From: Neophaeotheca triangularis
Lineage: Eukaryota
NCBI GenBank assembly: GCA_054600435.1
Contig: BAAIJX010000052.1
Location: 62,001-126,000 of the forward strand
Reading direction: 5' to 3'
Length of the DNA: 64,000 bases
How positions within the stretch are numbered: position 1 is the first letter of the stretch; each line of letters opens with the position of its first letter. Positions 38,580-50,024 of the stretch are shown in pieces. A model generated the notes under the pieces. That model was given only the letters and a program-made list of their open reading frames with translations, made no database searches and was not told the origin of the DNA. The position numbers and the translations under genes were made by a program.

Positions 38580-39240
38580 GAGATGCGACTGGAACTGGAG
38601 TTGGAAAGATGGACGGACGGGCAGACAGGCAGGGACGTCTTGGAGGTTTCCGGCGTTTTGGCGGAGGGACGGTCGTCTTGCCTACTCATCCTAACCCCCA
38701 GTCTTCTTCTCAAGGACTCCCGACTGCGTTTGAAGAGAGCGAGAAGCGCAGAGAAAGGGACAGAGAGCGAGAAAACTCCAGCCTACGCAGTGCTGCTGTT
38801 CTTGGAAAGACCTCCCTGGCCTTCGACCTTGACGAGACCGCCATCGTTGCCCCCGTCTGCCCTCTCCAGAGAGACGGGGAGGAAGGGGTTTCGGTAGCTT
38901 TGAGTGATGTTCCAATGTGCTCGCCGCGTAGAGCTGTACTCTCCGTTGCCGACACTAGAGCTATTGTGTTTCGATCGACGGTGCTGCGGCCAGTCGCATT
39001 CAATTTAGAAGTGGCGAGACAGATTGAAAGATTCCGGAAAGTGGTTTCGCTTCGGATCGATACCGAGCCTGAGAATAGTCGATTGAGGCGCCGGCATTGG
39101 CGTCTCTAGCTTTGTCTTCGTGGCAGCTAATGGGACGGTCTAAAATCACGGCGTCGTTTTCCTCCGCCCATATGAACTCGTGAGACGGGTCGATAGTGGC
39201 CGGAGATGTTGGCTTTTGACCTCGTGGATAGTAACTCAGA
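38580..39240 (+). ncRNA. Candidate structured non-coding RNA, identity uncertain (telomerase-RNA-like); may extend upstream to about 38130
   Basis: Many nested helices, including the 10-bp 38583-38592/38990-38999 pair. G-U pairs mostly favour the + strand. There is no credible ORF. See findings. Confidence 0.4.
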
Positions 39241-39407
39241 CGTCGATTGCTAGCGATGAGCAAGGCATTCGGATTATCGAGGGTCCAGCCAGCGTACAGG
39301 GAGCGTATCCATGACCACCAACTCATAAATCTGCCCGTCCAGTGCCAACGATGCCGTTGTCTTGCAGCCACACAGCAGCCCTCAAAATTATCACAACTCC
39401 CACACCA

Positions 39408-39893
39408 TTAATCAACCCCCTCGGCATCCTTATCCGTTTTCCCCCGCCTCCTCCCCCCCTTAAGCCTATCCAACCTCTCATCCCCCTCACCCGCTCCCCT
39501 CCTAGCCCCCTTCCCCTCATCCCCCTGTGCCTCCCCCCTCCAAACCTCCCTAGCCAACTCCCCAACAACTCCACCCCTCCCACTCTCCGCCCCCCCAACT
39601 CTCCCCTCAACCCCATGCCTCCTTCTACTCTCCCTCAACAAACTCACCCCCTCCCCACCCGTATCAGCGTCCCGATGCTTTTGCGCATTATGTTTAGCCG
39701 CCCGGATCGAAGTGCGAGCGTAGACGAAAAGGAGGCAAGCCATTGTGAAAGCCGCAATGGGGGCGAGAGCCGTGCGCGAGTTGATGCGGCGGGGGAAAGG
39801 GTTTGCGGGGGTTGGGGGAGGGGGCGCGCGGACGGGTTGGGGGGACTCGGTTGTGCCTGCCGGGCTGCGGGGTTGGGAGAGACGAGCGCCCAT
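39408..39893 (-). CDS. Small hypothetical single-pass membrane protein (161 aa)
   Basis: AAAGCAAAACAATG start context, one TM helix (ALAPIAAFTMACLLFVYA) followed by RTSIRAAKHNAQKHR. Confidence 0.78.
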   Translation of the reverse strand: MGARLSQPRSPAGTTESPQPVRAPPPPTPANPFPRRINSRTALAPIAAFTMACLLFVYARTSIRAAKHNAQKHRDADTGGEGVSLLRESRRRHGVEGRVGGAESGRGGVVGELAREVWRGEAQGDEGKGARRGAGEGDERLDRLKGGRRRGKTDKDAEGVD

Positions 39894-40452
39894 TGTTTTG
39901 CTTTCTTTTTCTTTAACGGGGATGGTTTCGGATATTTATTAGGTTGGTTAGGTGTAGGGTTCGGTGTTATGATGTTTGGGGGGATGGATGGATGGATGGG
40001 TGCGTGTGAAGCTGAGGTTGAGGTGTCCAGCGTGCTTTGACCAAGCATTAGTCTATAGGAGGTAACGAGAAGGGCAACAGACAAGGGACGCGGCACTTGA
40101 CGAGAGCACAGTAGCACAAGGCAAGGGACAAAGTATAGTTGATAGGGCCCATGTGTAGAACTTCTTCAGAGCCCCTCTATAGTTCTAAAACGGCACACAA
40201 GCAAGCAAACATGCAAGCGTACCTCAAGCTATCACTATCGCTCTCCCTATCGACCGTGTAAAAATGCCACCACCCAGCGCTATGCAAAAACCGACCGTTT
40301 GACATTGAGATAGAACGAGCCTTTGAAGTAGAAAAGCCGTATGTACGCAGGTACGCCATGCTACGCCGCGCCATGCAAGACCTTCAGCGCCACTTTACCC
40401 ACCCAATACCTCCATCCCCAGTTCCCCCTAGTCCATGATTCTCCAACCAAAT

Positions 40453-43119
40453 TCACCTACCCATGCCCTGTCCGCCAAGCCCTCCACTTCCGTACCCAGA
40501 TTGCCTGGGCCCCAACCCCATAGTCATACCCATATTCCCACCACTGCCCCCACCAACACCTTGATGGAATCTAGCGGCGTCTAGAGAGTCTGCCGTAGCG
40601 GTAGCGGGTGGAGGCGGTTTGGCTGGTAAAGAAGGCGGGGGTGCGGTCCACTTGGATGATGTGCCGTTGTTGATCTGGTGATTGCTTTGATGGGAAGTGG
40701 AAGAGGCGATCACCGGGGATGCGGAAGCGGTTTGCTGTTGCTGGGAGAAGGAAGCCTGCGGCTTCGGCGGCAAGGGAATGTTTGGAGACGGCTGACGCGG
40801 GAAAACGGCAGCCGGAAGGGGATGGGTGAGAGTCCGAGAGCTAGGAGTGGCAGGAAGAGAGGTGTAGGGTTGTGATTGTTGTTGCGCTTGTTGGTGCTGG
40901 CGTTGAATCTGAGGACTCGTGGTCGTGTATGGGGCAGCGTAACCGGAACCACTTGGGGTCATGCGCTGGGGTGTGAAAGGACTGGCGCCGGAGTTCCCAT
41001 TCGGCACAAAGGTTTGACTTTGCGGATTGAAGTGCTGACTCTTGAAACTGCCTGGAATAGGATGTTCCAAGTTGCTAGGGAGCCTGCCGGGGAACGTTTG
41101 GCTGGGCAATTGCCCGTAGGCATAAGGCTGAGAGCTCTGGCTCGAGGACGAAGCGGGTCTATTGTAGGGTGAAGTGGTGTTGAAACCAGGGTACTGTTGA
41201 CCTGAGTTGAATGCCATTTGAGAACCGTACTGCGGCCATTGCTGCTGTTGCGACTGCTGTTGTGGTTGATGCGGCAGCTGCTGCTGCTGTTGTTGAGGCC
41301 ACGTGGGTTGTTGAGCATAAGATTGGTGCTGCATGTAGCCGGTGTTATACTGCGGGGTCATGCCCTGCCCTTGAGCCATGTTGCCTTGCTGCTGTACCGA
41401 CATGCGCTGGAAGTCGTTCGCAAGCTCATAAGGACTTTGTTGCTGCTGTCCTTGAGCCCAAGACTGTGATTGATCCATTGCAGGGTAGGCTTGATTGCCC
41501 CAGTTTGCGTTCGCCAGACTAGGCGCACCGTACTGTGGGACTTGACCTGCAAAGGCGTGTTTGCCGTACACCACTGGAGATTGTTGACCACTTGAAGCGG
41601 TGGAAAAATTGCCAAAAACAGGAGGGTTGTTGCCTGGAGGTCCTCCCGGTACGGGAGGAGCATAGAAAGCGTTGTAGGCGGATCTAGCCTCGAACCCATC
41701 TTCACTGTCCGAGCGCTGTTTCTTCTTGGGTTTCTTGGCCTGCGCGGAGCTTGAACGTGATTCCATCTCCTTGGCGATTTCGGTGGTGTCCGTTGGCTTC
41801 GCAGATCCCATAATACGCTCTCGGGCAGCCTCGTACCTAGCCTCACGCTCCTCGCGAGACATTGGTGCTTTCTGCTTGTCGTCTTCGTTGCCGCTGTCTC
41901 CGTTTTCTGAAGTTGCTTTGGAGGTGCCCAACGAAGGCGGACCCTCACCGACGCCCCTGCGAAGGATTTTGACCTGCGGTCCCTGTGGTGGTGGCGTGCT
42001 CGCTGCAGTAGATGGGGTCGCGATACCCGTAAGAGGAGGTGGAATGCGGCACTGTGGTGTCTTGAATAGCCGCACCGCAGATTGCACGTCATCGACCAGG
42101 TGACCAAGCAAATAATAATCGGCAATCTTGTGAGCAAGCATCCTGTAGAACGAGTTGCATTGGGGTAGATTGAGTGATGATTCCTTGGGATCCTTCACGA
42201 AATCGATAATGTCTTGCTCGAGTTTCAAAACCCAGATGCGGTCTCTTGGGCTTTCAAGCGCTTCGAGCAATTTTTGATCTGGGCCTTGGCTAGCGTTGCC
42301 GTCAGCTCGAGAGCTATTAGGCCGAGCAGCTGGCACAACTCCAACACCAGAGCCAGGCGGTGGAACGTAAAGGACACCTTTCGATGATCCTTCGACAACA
42401 GTCGGTCGAGAGGCTGGAGCGTCGGACCTTGGGGCGGGATTCATCGTTGTAATCTCCTGAAGCTGTTCGCGAAACGCTTTGTAGCCATCATCTGACCCCA
42501 CGCGTGAAGAGGGCAGACCAGCGCTGGGAGGCGAGAAAACCTCGTCATCTTCGCCGCCTTTCAAGCTCGCGCTATCGTCGGGACGGAGTGACTCTTTTTC
42601 ATCCAGCGCAAAAGTGGCACCAGACATGATGCTCTTGCCGTCGAGACTCGCGGGCTTGCCAGAGCCGCTCGAGGACGAAACTTGCGTTGCAGCCTCGTCG
42701 GTAGTAGAAGGCATGAGTGAACTGCCGTTTGCGGTGTCCCGACCGTTGGGCGGAGTCGTGCGACTTTCCGCATCTTCGACCCGAACTCGGGGTCCAGGTG
42801 GGCCTTGTGAAACTTGCTCTTTCGAAGACTTGGATGTAGAGTGCCCATTGTTACCGACAGAGCCGTCAAGGGTCGCAGAAGGTGTGGTGGAAGAAACAGC
42901 GTTTTGTGAATCGTGTAATGGGGGGGAAGAAGTAATATCGCGCTTCTCTTCCATACTAGCGCTGTCCGTAGCATTGCTTTGCGCAATCGGTGGCTTGATT
43001 CCGACTGCAGCGATCTAAACACGGTGAGTAAGTAGAGGGAAGAGTGGAGCGAGGGGGTAGCGTCGTACCGATGCAAAGGACGGTCTGTTGGACTTTGCAG
43101 GAGCTTGAGGGGACGCCAT
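40453..43119 (-). CDS. R3H + SUZ domain RNA-binding protein (Rbs1/Encore/R3HDM-like) with a Q/P-rich C-terminus; intron 43068-43015
   Basis: DRIWVLKLEQDI...NSFYRMLAHKIADYYLLGH (R3H) and VKILRR...SREEREARYEAARERI (SUZ). The short first exon MASPQAPAKSNRPSFAS joins in frame. Confidence 0.92.
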
Positions 43120-43912
43120 GATGCCAAATGCGCGCGTGTGAAGAAAAGTTGGAATGTAGCAAGCGGATGGGGGGGTATTGAAATGAGTGACTACCCCCAA
43201 GAGCCGCGCTGTTCCCTGAGTTTGGTGGAGATCCGGGATGCTCTACCGATCGGAGACTGTTGTTGTAAAAGTGAACGAAGGTCTACCGGGATGTGAAGCT
43301 CAGGAAACGGGCGGCTCAAGGGAAATAGTCGACTCCACGGCCAGGGACGTTGACATGCTGCGAGGTGCACATGGAGCCGTGGTTCGAATGCCTTGAATTT
43401 TTCACCGCTGTCAGTTTCGAAATGCGCCGGGATGCGCAAACGGCGCGCGAGCAGCGAGAATTGTACCTCAAGGTCGCTGAAGGGGGGTCCAAAGAGCCTC
43501 AATGGGTGAATGAGGTGGTGTAGCTGTGGAGGGCGGTGGACGTAGAGCGTTTCTTCGTCCCTTGGGTGAGTTACCTAGGTAGGCGGTAGTGAGGTCCAGG
43601 TGAGGGAAGATTCACTACTGTAAGCCGCTGGTTCGTTGGCAGTGAGTGGAAAGAAGGGCGGGCGGCAGGGCGGGAAGGTCGCTAGCGCCAATTTGACTCT
43701 TTTGCTTGGCGAACTTATCTAACTCCTACACCTGCAAGGCTGTCCCTCCCACGTGCCGCTGCTCACATGTTGCTATAATATCGACATATCGAGCAAACAC
43801 ACCAACCTTGCCAAACTCGGATCTTGGAAATAGGCTACGGGGCAATCCTCCATTAAAAAGTTCTACACTTAAGCAAAAATCTTCACTCTACTGGTATCGA
43901 TACCTACACACG

Positions 43913-44989
43913 ATGAACCGCTACAAAGCGAGTGCCCCGTCCAAGGCAACTCCTACCACTCTATGCCAAAAGTGTTTTCAAAAAGGTGAGTTGCAATCAA
44001 ACGGTCGATCGATCATAAAGTGAGGGATCCTCAAGATCTAAGATCTAACGATATCTACCTAGGCCACTACAGCTACGAATGCACAAAACCCCAACAAGAT
44101 CGCCCCTACATAGCCCGACCCTCCCGAACACAACAAATGCTCGACCCCAAACTCATGCCCAAACTCAACAGCGACGTCCTTGAAGAAGAGAAACCTGGAA
44201 AGTAAGGCAAACCCCTCACAACCCACCAACAATCACCCCCAATCAACCTTCTAACCCCTGTCCTCCTCCTACAGAAAACCCACCCCCACCAACCACAAAC
44301 GCAGCATCACAGACATGGAAACCGAAATCAACCAACTCCAAAACTCCCGCAAACGCCGCAGCACACGCTCAGCCTCCACCTCATCCTCCGACTCCGTCTC
44401 CACCATCAGCACAAACGCCGACTCGCCCTCGCCACCACCCCCTCAACGCCACCGTCACCGCAAAACCAGAAAATCCCCCGATCTCCAAACCTCCCGAGCC
44501 CGCTCCCGCAGCCCCAGACCCGCACGAGCACGAGGGGACGAGCCCAGCTACCGCCGTCGCCCCTCCCCCCAAGCATCCGCAGCCCCTCGCAACACCACCA
44601 CCTACCGCTCCGACCGCCACTACTCCCGCGACCGCCGGGGCCGCGACCGCCGCCGCTCCTCGCCATCACCTACTCGCAGCCGCAGCCGCAGCCGCAGCCG
44701 CAATCCCAAACCCGCGAGGAACTCGAGGCGAGCACAGCGCTCGTCGCGCTCGAGGAGCCCGCTCGCTTCTGCCCCGACTAGTGGGAGGGAGAAGTCGCGT
44801 AGTCCGTTCCGAAGGGAGAGAAGGGGCGAGGGGCAGAGGGTGCGGGATAGTATTGAGGACGGGGACGGGGTTGGGGGGAGTGGTGGTGGTGATGGTGGGA
44901 AGGGGCCCGGGGGGCAGGATGGTGGGCGGAGGGAGCGAAGTCTGAGTCCTTATAGTCGGCGGGTGGCGATGTCCCGGGGGAGAATGTGA
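43913..44989 (+). CDS. ZCCHC10-like zinc-knuckle protein with an RS-rich tail; introns 43986-44062 and 44202-44274
   Basis: CQKCFQKGHYSYEC...RPYIARPSRTQQ motif and RS repeats, ending RERSLSPYSRR. Confidence 0.87.
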
Positions 44990-45634
44990 TGGGTCGGGCT
45001 GGGTGGTGGAAAGGGGTGGTCGGACGGTTGTTGTGGGGTGGGGTGGGGTTGGTCTGCGAGGGTCGCATGGGGTTGCTGTGAAGGGGGAGGCGGCGGTGGG
45101 TCGGCGCTGTCTTGTGATCAAAGCCGCTTTTTCGTGGAAGAGGAAATCATCTACCGCGGGTTGTGGATGTGGTCTGGCTAGGTAGTGTGAATCTATGTAG
45201 CAAGTTGATGATTTGTGATCCTCTTACGCACCACCATCTTCAGAGGTACATTTACAGGACTATCAATCTTGAGGTTGACTAGGAAGTTTGAGGGAAAGCA
45301 GAAATGATGATCAGGCATGTATCGCAGGGGATCCAGGTTGATAGAGAAGAATTTCAGTCGACCGCAATGCCGCGCTATTAGACATGTACGGCCATCTCTT
45401 ACCGTCGGTCTTGACACCGAACAAGTCGTAATGTGCATTGTCTTGTCCGACAGATTGAGATCATGATAAACGTATTGGAGGAAGACGCTTGTCAGATACA
45501 GCAGGACCTAGCTACCACGCCCGGCCCTCCATGTCGATCGATGCCCATGAAATATCGGCTGCCATCATCTTCTCAAAACGCCCGCATCCCCCAATGCACA
45601 CGCACTCTTCTGTCGAATGTACGGCGCTCCTCGT

Positions 45635-46302
<668 letters not shown>

Positions 46303-47475
46303 GTTTGCTACGAACGAATGTCAGTGTGATGGTTCTCCTCCTTGTGGCCGTATTTCGAGTTGGAAATCGATGTGTGAAAGCGGAGGGGGACCTGAGGCGA
46401 GGTCGTGGATTTCGAGTGCTGTCGTGGAGCGCTTGCGCCTGTAACGGACGCAGAATCTTCGAGGCCAGGGAAGCGCTGTGCTAATCGTGCTAATGGATAT
46501 CTCTCAAGGGCGACTCACCGGTTGTTGCAAGTGTGTAGTGGGTCGAAAAGGTCGCTTCGTCGCTGTCGCTTGGGAGTTGTTCAGAAGTCGTCGGCTTCAA
46601 AGAAAGCTTCCCGCACACTGGCGAATTTGATATGCCAAGCCTGCAGAAGAGCCCGCTTCCCGCTTCCTGCCTGATTGATGCCTGACTTTCTTCTTTTTTT
46701 CGTATCGCACTGAGCATTGCAGAAGCACGCACTCACATACATAACCTTAAGTTATCAGACACCCGATAACTTGAACTACCTTACTTTACTGTATGCCTGA
46801 GTACTTCTTAGTAGATCACGTGACGTAGGCGATGCAGGCTGAAACACATTGCAGAGTTGATAACCACACTGGTCACTATAATACTGAGTACATACAAATT
46901 CTTACGTGCTTCACCAAACATCTGCCAATCAACCCTCCTTCTAGATGCTTCATCCACTGAAAGGTTTCACAATGCCTCTTCGTGCTGGTACAGTTATCGT
47001 AAATCGCGTTGGAAGGTGTGCCTAGGGACAGAAACCTAAGCCTGAGATCGAGTCTGATACGCCACTCGTGAGGGGTCAACAGTGCATTCCTCCTCAGACG
47101 ATACAGCCATAACAAGGGGATAATATAAAGACTCGGCTATGCTTCCGAGCTCTTGATGGGAAAGATATCCTTCCCTTGACTGAAGCGCAGCATGATATCA
47201 ATCAATAGTCTCGCCAGTCAAATGTTCACAGATGAAGTTGACTAGACGCTACCCGCGGTAGAAGAAGATACGACCGGCCTGTAGAGAAGCAGCCATTTCC
47301 TCCAATAACAATGGAAAGAGATACTTGCAGTACCTGGTAGCGGCAACAACCCCCAAATCAACTCGAAGCCGGCAAACCCCGACCCCTCTTTGGTCGGCAA
47401 TTGGAAGAACATCCGGCCAGCCACCGTACATATATATACACATGTACAACCACAAGCCATCACCCTCGCCTCGCA

Positions 47476-48098
47476 ATGTCCACCACAATCCCACGAACAA
47501 TCCTCCGCTCCCTCGCCACCAAACCAACCACCCGAGCCTTCACGACAACCCGCTTAACCATGGGCCAAAAACACGAATGGATCGTCATCCTCCCGGACAG
47601 CCCCAACGCGCTATCCAAACGCATGGAAGTCCGGCCGTAAGACGCCTTCCACCCAGCGAACCCACCCAACCACCCCCAATGCCTCCACTAACCCTTAACC
47701 CCCGATCAGCCAACACATCGCCAACCTGAAACCCTCGGTCGATAGCGGTTTCACCGTCATGGGCGGCGCGCTGCTCGATGAGCCCATCAAGGAGGGCGAG
47801 AGCCCGAAGATTAACGGAAGTATCATTTGCGCCAGTGCCGAGAGCAGAGAGGAGATTATGGAGAACTTGAAGAAGGATATCTACTGGGAGACTGGGGTTT
47901 GGGATGCGAGTAAGGTGAGTTTTCTGAGATTTTCTAGTTGAGGGAGGAAGGTTGCTGTTTTCTTGCTTGCGTGGTCGGCATTGTTGGGAAGGGGGGGAGA
48001 ACGTTGTTGTCTCTTTCACGATGGCATAGCAGCTGACTTGGCCGTCTTTGTAGGTTCAGATTATTCCTTTCAAGTGCGCCGTAAGGCAGCCTTTGTAG
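47476..48098 (+). CDS. YCII-related domain protein with a putative mitochondrial presequence; 2 introns
   Basis: EWIVILPDSPNALSKRMEVRPQHI...MGGALLDEP...GSII...LKKDIYWETGVWD...VQIIPFKCAVR. Confidence 0.88.
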
Positions 48099-48264
48099 AT
48101 TGATTGGGAAACAGCTCAGCTCACTAGTTCTTCCTATTTGTCACCTCAAAACATTCAGATACAGACAAAGTGCTCATGGCAATGCTGCTAGATTCACGAC
48201 TATACTCGTCATGTCTAATAATCCTCTCCCAATGCATGCAAGCAACTTCTTCGCAGCTAGAAGC

Positions 48265-49486
48265 CTAAGTGCTGAACTTGAAGCCGCCGTTGGAGCAGAT
48301 GACGCTTCCGGTGCACCATGCAGAGTCCGGGCTACAGAGCATAGCAATGACACCGGCAATCTCGGACTCATAAGCCTGCAATAAGACGAAATACACATTA
48401 GCCCACTGTCGCCAACTCACTCACTCACTCACTCACAAATGCCTCAAAACAAGCGAAACCAGGTCGGCGAAAGAGAATAAGAAAGTAGAAAGACTCACCG
48501 GTCTCCCCCCAGCAACCTCCTTATTATCAACAAAGCTCTGATCATCGACATCGTCCCTCACACGTGCGAGCGGCGTATTGCGGGTGAAAGTCGACATTTT
48601 CTTCTGAAACTCCTGACCGGAGTTGGAATACATTTCCGTCGCCACAGGACCCGGGTTGACGGCGTTGACGGTGCAGCGCTCGGCGAGTTCGCGCGACCAG
48701 GTACGTGTCATGGATTCCAGCGCCGCTTTGGTGCCGCCGTAGACGCTTTGTTGTTCGAAACCTAGTGAGGAGGAGACGGAGGAGACTGAGAAGGGGGTTG
48801 TGGTTAGTTGTCGGGGGTTTTGGTGGTTTTGGAGGGGCTAAAGGGGGTTTTCTACCGTTTACGACTCGTCCGCTACGGTCGGTAGGCAGGTAGGGCATTG
48901 CTGCTTTCATAAGGAACAGCGGCCCGCGCACGTTGACGTTGTAGAGGGATGCAAAGTCCTCGGAATTGCAGTCTTCGACTGAGAGATTGGAGGCAAGACC
49001 TGTCCGTGTTGATCAGTTTGCGTTTCTCAAACAAAGCCGATTGGTTGCTAGCATGGCTGCTTACCAGCGTTGTTGATGATGATATCGATCTGCAATTTGT
49101 TGGTCTTGGGATGCGAGAAGTGGTTCGAGGCAATGTTGACGATGTGAGCCGGCCCGTTTTCGCTGCCCATGTCTGCTTGCACTGGGACGCAACGCACGCC
49201 ATGGCGCTCTTGTAGCTCGTTGGCGAGCTTTTGCGTCTTTTCTGCCGACGAATCTGAGGTGTAGTTCATGACCAGCGATGCGCCTTTGCTGGCGAGGTTC
49301 TCGCATGTTGCTGCGCCGATGCCTGCGACGGTGTGGTCAGCGTTTGTGGACTTGTTGTGAAGGTATTGGGTTTTGTGTACCGCGCGAGGCACCTGTGACA
49401 ACTGCCACGCGACCTTCAAGGGTTCTGTAGCCTCCACTGGCTCCAAGGTTCGTGGTCGCGCTCCGGCTTGCTGATGGGCGAGACAT
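48265..49486 (-). CDS. Short-chain dehydrogenase/reductase (FabG-like); 4 introns
   Basis: TGASRGIG, IIINNAG, VVNVSS, YGGTK and NAVNPGPVAT. Confidence 0.93.
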
Positions 49487-50024
49487 GTTGCGGGTTAGTT
49501 AAAAGGATATTGTGCTCTTGAACGTACTCTAGTATCGCTTCGAATGAAGATAGACGGTCGAGTATTTATTGTTTGATATCTCCATGAATGTAATGTGTCT
49601 TGACGTAGTGTTGCTTGGTGGGTCTCAGGGCTCGGGCTGTCTTTGCTAGTGGAAATTGTGGAGGAAGCGCGAGGGCCATGTCTATCCCGATCGTTCTCCA
49701 AGCGGGCCGACTTCGCTCACCTACGCTCGAAGCATTGGACTTGGGAAGCGCTTCGTCAAGAATCGTGTACGGCAAGAGAAAACGTTTGTGTGCAGACAGA
49801 CCTGTTCTTACGTCTGAGACTACTCTATGAAGTAGCGACGTCGACTGAATCAGCGTGGCAACCCATACAAGCCTGTACTAAGCAAGTACCTTTGGAATTC
49901 CTAAGCACAAGCAAGTATTGGTAGGTAGGCAGTGCCCAAAAGTCGATCAAAAAAGGGTATTGCCAAATGAACAAGCCATTACCAAACACCGAGCGCTCGA
50001 AGATGGTTTTCTCGTTCTCATCAC

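Noticed and set aside
38549..39109. 186-aa TTG-start ORF and overlapping minus-strand ORFs
   Set aside because: No recognisable domain and no coherent gene model; base-pairing explains the region better.
43375..43395. GGTTCGAAT, resembling a tRNA T-loop
   Set aside because: No cloverleaf or A-box.
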